From positions 416,001 through 480,000 of the forward strand of contig CAXXFL010000002.1 in assembly GCA_963674965.2 (NCBI GenBank): a DNA stretch of 64,000 nt, written 5' to 3'. This DNA comes from a bacterium (GTDB lineage: Bacteria; RBG-13-61-14; DATKZS01). The stretch's first letter is position 1. Each line of letters starts with the position of its first letter. This document shows positions 30,587 through 39,511 of this stretch, piece by piece. The notes beneath the pieces are model-generated. The model worked only from the letters and a program-made list of their open reading frames with translations, was not told the origin of the DNA and made no database searches. A program made the position numbers and the translations under genes.

Positions 30587-31771
30587 TTATTCCACTCTTT
30601 CCCAAAGGGAAGCGTTGCCGTTTCCAAAGCCGCCGCAAAGCATGGCGACCCCGCGCTTGGCCTCGGGGCGCTCTTTCTTCATGATGTTATTAAGAGTGAT
30701 GACCACCCTGGCGCCCGATTGCCCAAGGGGATGGCCCAGGGCCAGCGCGCCGCCCCAGAGGTTGGTCTTCTTGAAGGGCGCGTTTTCCTCGATGCCCAGC
30801 TCGCGAAGGCAGGCAAGGGCCTGAGTGCCGAAGGCCTCGTTCAATTCCCACACGTCGATGTCGTCCGCGGTAAGTCCGGTCCTTTTCAGCAGTTTCCTCG
30901 CCGCGGGGATGGGAGCTACGCCCATCTCGGTGGGATCGCACCCTGCCATGGCGCCTCCGCCGTAGCGCAGGTGGTACTTGCAGCCCAACTCGTCCGCCTT
31001 TTCGCGGCTCATTAACAGCACGCAGCACGCGCCCACCGTGAGAGGCGAACTGGTGCCGGCGGTCACTACTCCATCCGGCTTGAAGGCCGGCTTCATGCCC
31101 GCCATCTGCTCGGTGCTGACCTTGTCCCGAATCCACTGGTCGCGGTCGACCAGGAATTCCTCGCCGTTCTCGTTGACGCCTTTCACCGGGATGATCTCGT
31201 CGTTGAATTTGCCCGCGTCCCTTGCCTCCCTGGCGCGGGTATGGCTCCAGAAAGCCATCATCTCGGCGTCGGCCCTGCTGATATTGTATTTAGCGCCGAC
31301 CTTTTCCGCCGTCATGCCCATGGGGAATTCCATGGGGTTGTAATAATTGGCGATGCGGGGAGGGAAGTCCATGTGCATGCCCATGGTGACGTTGGCCATG
31401 TCCTCGGCTCCAGCGGCTATATATATGTCGCCTTCGCCGGCCATAATGGCGCGGGCCGCGTGCTCGATGGCCGCCATGCCGGAGGGGCACTGCTGGTTGA
31501 CGCCGTTGGTGGCCACGCTGTCCGGCAGTCCCGAGGCCAGCCAGGCCAGCCTGGCCAGGTCGTTCTGCATGCCCGTCTGGTTGGCCGTGCCCACGAAAAC
31601 CGACTCGATTTCATCGGGCTTGACCTGAGGGTTCCGCTCGAACAGGGCCGTGTAAACCACCGTCAACAGTTCGTCGATCCGCAGATTGCGGAACCAGCCT
31701 TTTTCCATGTGGGCCCTTGCGTTTGGGGTCCTTACTCCATCCACGAGAACACATTCCTTCAACTGAGCCAT
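30587..31771 (-). CDS. thiolase (acetyl-CoA C-acyltransferase)
   Basis: DGVRTP, NQQCPSG (catalytic Cys), ELNEAF, GGALALGHPLG, LCGGFG. Confidence 0.94.
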   Translation of the reverse strand: MAQLKECVLVDGVRTPNARAHMEKGWFRNLRIDELLTVVYTALFERNPQVKPDEIESVFVGTANQTGMQNDLARLAWLASGLPDSVATNGVNQQCPSGMAAIEHAARAIMAGEGDIYIAAGAEDMANVTMGMHMDFPPRIANYYNPMEFPMGMTAEKVGAKYNISRADAEMMAFWSHTRAREARDAGKFNDEIIPVKGVNENGEEFLVDRDQWIRDKVSTEQMAGMKPAFKPDGVVTAGTSSPLTVGACCVLLMSREKADELGCKYHLRYGGGAMAGCDPTEMGVAPIPAARKLLKRTGLTADDIDVWELNEAFGTQALACLRELGIEENAPFKKTNLWGGALALGHPLGQSGARVVITLNNIMKKERPEAKRGVAMLCGGFGNGNASLWERVE

Positions 31772-31895
31772 TTTTTCCTCCCTTTAAATTTTATTGATCG
31801 TCAAGGAATGACATACAATTCCGCGATTTTAGACGGACGGTAAAATAACACGCTTTCCTTGGGTTTGCAAATCGCCGCTTAACGGACGTAAAATA

Positions 31896-33056
31896 TCACG
31901 CGCCCAGAAGCTCGCGGGCAACCACCAGGCGACGTATCTCGGACGTGCCCGCGCCAATGGTATAGAGCTTGGCGTCGCGCAAAAGCCGGTTCACGCCGTA
32001 CTCGAGCATGTAACCGTAGCCCCCGTGTATCTGGATGGCGTCAAGGGCAACCTGCTCGGCCGCCTCCGCCGCGTAAAGCACCGCCGCCGCCGCGACCTTG
32101 TGTATTTGCGTTCCCTTGCCCCCGCGCGCCGAGCTTTGAGCCAGCACCGCCGCCTTGTGGACCATAAGCCGGGAAGTCTCGACTTTAACGTACATGTCGG
32201 CCAGCTTGGCTTGAATCATCTGGAAGTTGGCTATCTTGCGCCCGAACTGCTCGCGCTCGAGCGCGTACCTTACGGAAAGATCAAGGCCTTGTTGGGCGAG
32301 GCCGACGGGGCCGGCGGCGATGACCGTCCTTTCCACGTCCAGTCCGTGCATCATTACCGAGATACCCTGGTTTTCCTCGCCGAGGATATTCTCGGCCGGC
32401 ACCCGGCAATCCTCAAGCGCTATCTCGCCGGTGGGGGAGCCGCGATGGCCCATCTTCTCGAGCTTGCGGCTGATGGTGAACCCCTCCGACTTGGCGTCCA
32501 CGATAAAGGTGGTTACGCCCCGGGCCCCTCGCTCGGGCCGGGTCTTGGCGTGGACCAGGGCCACGTCGGCGATGGGAGCGTTGGTGATGAAGGTCTTGGC
32601 CCCGTTCAGCGCGTAATGGTCGCCGTCCCGTCTCGCCGTCGTTCTTATTCCCACGGCGTCCGATCCCGACCCGGGCTCGGTCAGGCACATGCATCCGATC
32701 CATTCGCCCGAGCATAATTTGGGGAGCCATTTCCTTTTTTGTTCCTCCTTGCCGTGGGCCTGGATGGCGTTGACGCAGAGGATGGCGTGGGCCAGCCATG
32801 ACAGGCTCACCGAGGGGGACTGGCGCGACAATTCCTCCATGATGATGACGGAGGATAAAACGTCCATGCCGCCGCCCCCGTATTCCTCGGGAACGTTAGC
32901 GCCCATGATGCCGAGTTCGCCCATCTTGGCCCAGACGCTCTCGGGTATTTTATCCTGGCGGTCGATCTCTTCAGCCAGGGGGCCAAGCTCCTTGTCCGAG
33001 AACCTGGCCATCATTTCATGGAGCATCCGGTGCTCCTCACTAAAGGAAAAATCCAT
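31896..33056 (-). CDS. acyl-CoA dehydrogenase (isovaleryl-CoA dehydrogenase-like)
   Basis: TEPGSGSD, KTFITNAP, KMGHRGSPTGE, GLDVER, IQIHGGYGY, DAKLYTIGAGTSEIRR; GGAGG RBS. Confidence 0.9.
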   Translation of the reverse strand: MDFSFSEEHRMLHEMMARFSDKELGPLAEEIDRQDKIPESVWAKMGELGIMGANVPEEYGGGGMDVLSSVIIMEELSRQSPSVSLSWLAHAILCVNAIQAHGKEEQKRKWLPKLCSGEWIGCMCLTEPGSGSDAVGIRTTARRDGDHYALNGAKTFITNAPIADVALVHAKTRPERGARGVTTFIVDAKSEGFTISRKLEKMGHRGSPTGEIALEDCRVPAENILGEENQGISVMMHGLDVERTVIAAGPVGLAQQGLDLSVRYALEREQFGRKIANFQMIQAKLADMYVKVETSRLMVHKAAVLAQSSARGGKGTQIHKVAAAAVLYAAEAAEQVALDAIQIHGGYGYMLEYGVNRLLRDAKLYTIGAGTSEIRRLVVARELLGA

Positions 33057-33388
33057 ACAACGCCTCCTATGAACATCATCTCGGCCGGAAAACACCGCGT
33101 GGGCGGGCGTCCGAAAACGACGGGAAGAAACCGGGCCTTCCATGTACATCCCGAGGAAGGCCGCGGACGCTCGCGCTCATCATAACATTTTTCATTGGAG
33201 TGGCAAAACCGGATTTTCCACGCCGGAAGGCCCCGGTCCTTTCCCGGCTCGGCGTCCCCGTTAGGCCTTCTTGCGCGGCAAAACCGGCCGGCCGTTTATG
33301 GGCGCAATTATGTAGTCCAGAGGCTCGCGTCCGCGGACGGGCTGTCCGCGCCTCTCCTGGACGCGGCTCCAAGCAAATGCGGCGAATA

Positions 33389-33913
33389 TCATGATTTCCT
33401 GATCTCGAATATATAGCCGCTCCGTGATTCTCCTCTCAGGAGCCGGTCATTCTCGATAAACGCGGTTTGCTTCATACCGGCTTTTTCCATGACTTTTTTC
33501 GACGCGTGGTTTTCCGAGTCGCACGAGGCATTGATGCTCTCGATACCCAGTGAGTTGAAGCCAAAATCGATGAGAGCGATGGCCGCCTCGGTGGCGTAGC
33601 CTTGGTTCTGGAAGTCGGGGTTGATGGAAAAACCCATGACCGCCTCACGGCCGCCGGCCTTTTTAAGGCGGACGGCGACGCCGCCGATAAGCCGGCCGTC
33701 GCCTTGCAGGATCACCGCCAATTCGTATTGCAGACGGGGAGCGCGGCGGTTGTTTTTCATGGCCCGGGCGATGAAATCCTTCGTGTCCTCAACCGAGTTG
33801 GGTCCCCATTCCTCGAACCTGGAAAAGCCGGGTATGGACGCGTAAAGATGAACGGCCTCCCAGTCGCTCTCCACGTACTCTCGAAGAATCAGTCTTTTCG
33901 TCTCGATCCGCAT
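33389..33913 (-). CDS. GNAT acetyltransferase (RimJ/RimL family)
   Basis: IETKRLILR, FQNQGYATEA, NHASKKVMEKAGM. Confidence 0.9.
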   Translation of the reverse strand: MRIETKRLILREYVESDWEAVHLYASIPGFSRFEEWGPNSVEDTKDFIARAMKNNRRAPRLQYELAVILQGDGRLIGGVAVRLKKAGGREAVMGFSINPDFQNQGYATEAAIALIDFGFNSLGIESINASCDSENHASKKVMEKAGMKQTAFIENDRLLRGESRSGYIFEIRKS

Positions 33914-34135
33914 GATTGTATAAGGGTTAAAGTTTCAAGATGCAAATTAGCATGAGGCGTGGCGGAAGGAAAATTCTTGGCCTCGAATTCGACTCGTCGA
34001 TCCGCATGGTGGACTGGACGGGTTTGCCGGAAACCGTCCGGAGCCGGCGTAGCCGGACGGGTGAATGGTCAAGATGGCGGAGAACAATGAGACGCGGCCG
34101 CGAGAGAGGCGTGGCCCTGTACTTTCATTTTTATC

Positions 34136-34188
34136 TTGACAAAGGCTTTTAGTTTTAATATCGTAGCCGTTGTGATCAATCGATTGAT
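34136..34188 (+). promoter_or_regulatory. sigma-70-type promoter plus palindromic operator
   Basis: TTGACA-17-TATCGT, then perfect palindrome ATCAATCGATTGAT at 34175-34188. Confidence 0.65.
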
Positions 34189-34315
34189 ATAATGGGCGGA
34201 GTAGCTTTATTACTCCAAAAAATGGAAGAACGAAAAATTAACCACCCGTTTTTTGAAGTAACTGACTATTACCGGCGGTTGGCGGAGAGAAGACAAGGCG
34301 TCAAGGAGGCGTTTG

Positions 34316-34999
34316 ATGGAAGGACAAACCAAGATTACCTGGGACTTTTTGCAGGCGGCCTACCGGGCGGGGGCGCTTGACGAGTTCCTGAGCGCGGCCC
34401 GGCCCCTGACCGACAAAAAGTACGATAACCAGGCGACCGTCTTCGCCGAGCTCGAGGACGCCGTCTTCGAGATGGAGGATTTTTCCTCCGTCGATGAGGT
34501 CCTCGACACGGCCTTCAAGCTGCTCCCGGAAATGACGGACCAGGAGGCCCTCGAGGGCTTGGCCATCATTTTGTCCCTTCTGAATCCTCTCATTAAATCC
34601 TTTATGGAGGGCATGGACCGCGACACGGAAGCGGTCGTCTCCATGAAGGACGAGCTGGCGGAAAAGGGACGGAAAGTGGCCAAGGCCCTGGCCATGCTGG
34701 GAAGCGTGGGCGCAAAGCAAGTGCTCGTCTCGAGCGGCGGTAAATCGCCCGCCGACCTGGGCAGGTCCATGGGCCGTGCCATCAACAAGACGACGGCCGC
34801 CTTCAATGAGCTAAGCCGCGACAACCCCCGGGCCGTCTCGGAATTCATGTCCGGCCTTTTCCGCGAGGTGGACGGGAAAGATATGCGGGCCATGACCGAG
34901 GCCTTGACCAACGGGTTCCTCGACCAGGACCCTCCAATCTTTAAATGGATCGCCGCCGCCCTGGTGGGCCGGGTCAAGCGGCGTCTTTTCAACAAGTGA
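34316..34999 (+). CDS. hypothetical all-alpha protein, first gene of oxidoreductase operon
   Basis: AGGAGG RBS; acidic helical sequence; 17 bp from next gene. Confidence 0.75.
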   Translation: MEGQTKITWDFLQAAYRAGALDEFLSAARPLTDKKYDNQATVFAELEDAVFEMEDFSSVDEVLDTAFKLLPEMTDQEALEGLAIILSLLNPLIKSFMEGMDRDTEAVVSMKDELAEKGRKVAKALAMLGSVGAKQVLVSSGGKSPADLGRSMGRAINKTTAAFNELSRDNPRAVSEFMSGLFREVDGKDMRAMTEALTNGFLDQDPPIFKWIAAALVGRVKRRLFNK

Positions 35000-35016
35000 C
35001 GGCAAAGGGGTTAACC

Positions 35017-36468
35017 ATGTCTTTGCAAAGCGAACTTGCGAAAATAGTGGGCGACGAGCGCGTCATTGGCGACGCCGAGGTCCTGGAGGGCTTTCGCGGC
35101 GATAAGAGCGGCGCCATGGGCGAGAAGCCCGAGCTGGCGGTCAAGCCCAGGGGCCTGGATGACGTGCAAAAGATCGTGAAGCTGGCCAACGACCTGGGCT
35201 TTACCCTCGTGCCGGTCTCCTCGCGAGGCGGACGATCGAGGGGCGGGGCGATCCCCCTTGCGGCCGGGTCGGTGATAATGGACCTGTCCGACATGCGCCG
35301 TATCATCCGGGTGGACAAGAGAAACAAGGTGGCCATGATCGAGCCGGGCGTCACCTACGGAGAGCTTCAAGAGGCGGTGGAAAAGGAGGGCCTTCGCCTC
35401 GAGGCCCCGCTGGCGCCGAGGGGTGACAAGTCGGTGCTGGCCGGACTTCTGGACCGCGAGCCCACCACCGGTCCCAAGTACAACTGGGACGCCATAGATC
35501 CTTTATGCTGCCTCGAGCTGGTCTTCGGGACGGGAGACCTTTTCCGCACTGGCAACGCCGCCGGTCCGGGCACGCTCGAGGAACAGTGGGCCGCGGGCCA
35601 GGCCCAGAAGGTGTCCATGGGCCCGGCCCAGACCGACGTGGGCAGGATGATCCAGGGAGCCCAGGGCACTCTCGGGATCGCGACCTGGGCCACCGTCAAG
35701 CTCGAGATCAAGCCGAGCGCGCAAAAGGGCTTCCTGGTGGGCTCGTCCTCCCTGGAGGGACTGATCGATTTCACCTATAAAATCCTCTGGCGCAAGCTTC
35801 CTGACCTCTGCCTGATACTCGACGCCGCCGGCATATCCGCCTTATACGGGGGCAAGGTGGAGCCGCCGCCCTGGACGCTGGTCTACACCATTTCGGGCCT
35901 CAAGTATTTCCCCGAGGAGCGGCTGGCCTTAATGGAGGAGGAACTGGCAAAGATAGCCTCGGAATACGGCGTGTCCCCCGATCGGCGCCTGGGCGGGATA
36001 TCCGCGGACAAGCTGGTCGAGATCGTCACGAGTTCCGGCCATGTACCTTATTGGAAAGACGCCAAAAGGGGAGGGCGTCTGGAGTTGTTTTTCCTTACCA
36101 CCATGGACAAGGCCCCCTCCTTCGTCAACGCCGTGGGCAAGGCGGCCGCGGGCATGGACTTTCCAGCCGATTGTCTAAGTACCTATCTCCAGCCCATCAG
36201 GCACGGGACCGGGTGTCACCTCGAGTTCGACTTCATGTACGACCCGTCGGACGAAGCCGAGACGGCTCGGGCGCGAGGACTTTTCGAGGAAGCCGGCAAG
36301 ACGTGCCTGGAGATGGGGGGCTTCTTTTCCCGTCCCTATTTGCCCTGGGCGAAAATGGTTTTTGAAAAGTGTCCGGACACGGTTACGGCGCTCAGGAAAC
36401 TGAAGGATATCTTCGATCCCGGCGGGGTGCTAAGTCCCGGCCGGCTTTGCTTCGGGAAGGGAGCTTGA
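35017..36468 (+). CDS. FAD-binding oxidoreductase (VAO/PCMH, GlcD-like)
   Basis: P...VKP, MDLSDMRRII, IEPGVT, LELVFGTGDLFRTG, GAQGTLGIAT, LK.IFDP.GVL.PG. Confidence 0.88.
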   Translation: MSLQSELAKIVGDERVIGDAEVLEGFRGDKSGAMGEKPELAVKPRGLDDVQKIVKLANDLGFTLVPVSSRGGRSRGGAIPLAAGSVIMDLSDMRRIIRVDKRNKVAMIEPGVTYGELQEAVEKEGLRLEAPLAPRGDKSVLAGLLDREPTTGPKYNWDAIDPLCCLELVFGTGDLFRTGNAAGPGTLEEQWAAGQAQKVSMGPAQTDVGRMIQGAQGTLGIATWATVKLEIKPSAQKGFLVGSSSLEGLIDFTYKILWRKLPDLCLILDAAGISALYGGKVEPPPWTLVYTISGLKYFPEERLALMEEELAKIASEYGVSPDRRLGGISADKLVEIVTSSGHVPYWKDAKRGGRLELFFLTTMDKAPSFVNAVGKAAAGMDFPADCLSTYLQPIRHGTGCHLEFDFMYDPSDEAETARARGLFEEAGKTCLEMGGFFSRPYLPWAKMVFEKCPDTVTALRKLKDIFDPGGVLSPGRLCFGKGA

Positions 36469-36471
36469 GCC

Positions 36472-37740
36472 ATGCAGGATTTATCGGCGCTTAAAAACGA
36501 CATGGAGGGGTGCTCCCGCTGCTCCCTTTGCAAGTGGATACCCATGTCCCAGATCAAGAGCTGGAGGTTCGCCAAGGGCTGCCCGTCCGTGGAAAGGTAC
36601 AGCTTCCACGCCTATTCGGGCGGCGGCAGGATGATAGCCTCCAATTCCCTTTTGGAGGGCAGGTGCGAGATGGACGAGACCCTGATGGAGATCGTCTACA
36701 AGTGCCAGCTCTGCGGGGCCTGCCAGGTGTCATGCCAGGCCTATCGCGACGACATCGACCTGGCGGACGTGCTTTTGGCGCTTCGGGCCAGGTGCGTGAC
36801 CGAGGGTTATTTCCCGCCCGAGCACATGATGGTGATCGAGAGCATGAAAAAGGAGGACAACACCCTGGGCATGTTGAAAAGCGACCGGGGCCTCTGGATG
36901 GAGGGCCTGGATATTCCCGACGTGAACGAGCGGCCCGCCGAGGTCATGTTTCACGCGGGCTGCCGTTTCTCTTACGACCAGGACCTCAGGAAGTCCGTTC
37001 GGGACTGGGCGCTCCTTTTCATGAACGCGGGCGTGGACCTGGGCGTGGCGGGCAAGGAGGAGTCCTGCTGCGGCGGTCGGGCCTTCGAGATGGGCTACCA
37101 CGGCGAGATGATGAACTTCGCCGAGGACATGGCGGGCCGCGTCAAGTCCTCGGGGGCTGAGACTCTGGTGACTCCCTGCTCCGACTGTTATTACGCCTTT
37201 AAATACCTGTACCCGAAAAACGGGATCGACTTGGGAGTGAAAATACTGCACGCGGTCGAGTACGCGGACCTTCTTATCAAGGAGGGCAAAATAAGGCCGC
37301 GCCGCGACTTCCGCGCCCGCGTGACCTACCACGACCCGTGCCATCTTGGCCGGAGAGGAGAGATTTACAAGACGGGATGGGAGGGAGACAACAAGCTGCT
37401 CCGTCCCGTCAAGTTCAAGCAAATGGGCAACCAGGGGATATTCGACGCGCCTCGCGACGTGATCCGGTCCATACCCGGCGTCGAGTTGGTCGAGATGGAA
37501 AGGATTCGGGAATACGCTTGGTGCTGCGGGGCCGGCGGCGGAGTGCTCGAGGCCTTCCCCGACTTTGCCGAGTGGACCGCGGCGGACCGCCTCGAGGAGG
37601 CCATGTCCGCGGGGGCGGAGGCCATCGTAACGGCTTGCCCCTGGTGCGAGCGCCTGTTTAACGACGAGATCGGCAAGCGGGGCTTGAATCTGAAGGTCTA
37701 TGACGTGGCCGACCTCTTGGCCGCTTCCGTGGGAGGATGA
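36472..37740 (+). CDS. Fe-S oxidoreductase with 4Fe-4S and two CCG domains (GlcF/HdrD-like)
   Basis: CSRCSLC, CQLCGACQVSC, ESCCGG, TPCSDC, TYHDPCHLGR, WCCGAGGG, TACPWC. Confidence 0.92.
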   Translation: MQDLSALKNDMEGCSRCSLCKWIPMSQIKSWRFAKGCPSVERYSFHAYSGGGRMIASNSLLEGRCEMDETLMEIVYKCQLCGACQVSCQAYRDDIDLADVLLALRARCVTEGYFPPEHMMVIESMKKEDNTLGMLKSDRGLWMEGLDIPDVNERPAEVMFHAGCRFSYDQDLRKSVRDWALLFMNAGVDLGVAGKEESCCGGRAFEMGYHGEMMNFAEDMAGRVKSSGAETLVTPCSDCYYAFKYLYPKNGIDLGVKILHAVEYADLLIKEGKIRPRRDFRARVTYHDPCHLGRRGEIYKTGWEGDNKLLRPVKFKQMGNQGIFDAPRDVIRSIPGVELVEMERIREYAWCCGAGGGVLEAFPDFAEWTAADRLEEAMSAGAEAIVTACPWCERLFNDEIGKRGLNLKVYDVADLLAASVGG

Positions 37741-37744
37741 AGCC

Positions 37745-39316
37745 GTGAAACTGGTACCAAAGGAAATGTACGCGGAATTGGAGGAGGCCGTTGGCAAGGA
37801 TTACGTTTCCCAGAATCCCGCCGTTCTTGACGGCTACGCCTGGCAGCCGATCTTCAGCCTGACCAGCCAGAAATGGATTCCCCGGCCGGCGGCGGTTGTG
37901 CTTCCCTCCACCACCGAGGAGGTCCAGGCCGCGGTCAGGGTTTGTAACAAATACAAGGTCAAGTTCAAGGCCCACAGCACGGGATGGGCCGCCTGGGGCG
38001 GACCCTCCGAGGAGGGCGAGCTGCAAATCGACCTTCGGCGCATGAATAAAATCATCGAGCTTGACGAGAAGAACAAGTTCGCCCTGGTCGAGCCCTACGT
38101 GTGCTGCGGCCAGCTTCAGGCCGAGGCCATGCGCAAGGGGCTCAACTGCCATATTATCGGCGCGGGCCCGAACACCTCGATCCTGGCCAGCACCACCTCG
38201 GCCTGGGGCTATGGCGGGACGGGTCTTTCAACCGGCTACGGGGGCCGGAACCCTCTCGGGATCGAGTGGGTCCTGCCCGACGGCGAGGTCCTGAAGGTCG
38301 GATCGCCCGGCTCGGAGGCGGGATGGTTCAGCGGCGACGGTCCCGGTCCCAGCCTGCGGGGAATGATGCGCGGCTTCGCCGGTACTCAAGGGTCTCTTGG
38401 CGTGTTCACCAAATGCGCCGTGAAGCTTTATCCGTGGTACGGCCCGAGAGAACCGAAGGTGACGGGAGTGCTTCTCGACGTGGACGCCGAGGTCCCGCCC
38501 ACGGAAAAGATGTTCTGGATCGCCGCTCCAAATTTTCAAAAGTACGCCGACCTCACCTACGAGATCGGAAACGCCGAGATAGCCTACTGGTTCTGCCGCA
38601 GCCCCCTCGGGGCCGGCGTCGAGCTTTTCACGCCCCGCGCCATGGAAAAGGTGTTCGGATCGAGCAACATGCGAAAGGTGCTGGACGTGTGCCAGCATCT
38701 GGGCGTGGCGCTTCTAAGCTCGGTGTCCGAGCGGGAGATCGCGTACCAGGAGAAGGTCCTGCGCAGGATCACCCTCGATCACGACTGTATTCTCATGGAC
38801 CTGACCAAGGTCCCGGGCTACGGCTTCTGGTGGTGGACCATGGGCGTCAGGTCCATATTGACGGCCCTCACCTTCAGGGCGGGCGGCGACTTCCTTACCA
38901 GCTACGGCAGCCCCATGGAATACGACAACGCCATGCGCCAGGGCGAGGTGGCGGTCGAGTGCAAAAAGAAATACATCGACCTCGGCTTCTTCAAGGACGA
39001 CAACTCGGACATCGGGTGGGGAGGAATTTACGAGGGCACGGCCAATTGGGGGCACCTCGAGATGGCGGCCATGTTCGACCGGCGCGACGGCAAGGCGGAA
39101 GGACGCGCCCAGTACCTCGAGGAGTCGGCCCGGACCACGGAGGAACACAACCTGGGAGTGGGTCTTTCCAATTTGCCCCCGGGCGCCTGGAAAGTCTACG
39201 GGCCCAAGATTCACAACTATCATTTGTGGCAGGCGAAAATCAAAAAGGCCCTCGATCCGAACGCAACGGCGGACTACGAGTGGTACGTGCCGCCCATAGA
39301 TCAGATCGAGGAATGA
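37745..39316 (+). CDS. FAD-binding oxidoreductase (VAO/PCMH family)
   Basis: P.AVVLPSTTEEVQ, IDLRRMNKI, VEP, EWVLPDGEVLKVGS, GPSLRG..RG..G..GVFTK, IKKALDPN; GTG start after GGAGG. Confidence 0.88.
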   Translation: MKLVPKEMYAELEEAVGKDYVSQNPAVLDGYAWQPIFSLTSQKWIPRPAAVVLPSTTEEVQAAVRVCNKYKVKFKAHSTGWAAWGGPSEEGELQIDLRRMNKIIELDEKNKFALVEPYVCCGQLQAEAMRKGLNCHIIGAGPNTSILASTTSAWGYGGTGLSTGYGGRNPLGIEWVLPDGEVLKVGSPGSEAGWFSGDGPGPSLRGMMRGFAGTQGSLGVFTKCAVKLYPWYGPREPKVTGVLLDVDAEVPPTEKMFWIAAPNFQKYADLTYEIGNAEIAYWFCRSPLGAGVELFTPRAMEKVFGSSNMRKVLDVCQHLGVALLSSVSEREIAYQEKVLRRITLDHDCILMDLTKVPGYGFWWWTMGVRSILTALTFRAGGDFLTSYGSPMEYDNAMRQGEVAVECKKKYIDLGFFKDDNSDIGWGGIYEGTANWGHLEMAAMFDRRDGKAEGRAQYLEESARTTEEHNLGVGLSNLPPGAWKVYGPKIHNYHLWQAKIKKALDPNATADYEWYVPPIDQIEE

Positions 39317-39511
39317 ACGGCCTAGGGGCAATTTTTACGTAACATGCAGGATAGGGAGCGCGACATGCCCCTGAAATATCAGGCCGCATAAGAGCTCAAA
39401 CCTGACTCGCCAGGGCCCGAGGAAGCCGCGTAAGGACGTCCGGGCCTTCCCCTGACCATGTCCATTAAATCAAATGAACATGGTCAGGAGACCTGGCGAT
39501 ATATCTATTTA

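Noticed and set aside
34175-34188. FNR box
   Set aside because: The half-sites are in the opposite order (ATCAA-N4-TTGAT versus FNR TTGAT-N4-ATCAA) and lie downstream of the promoter
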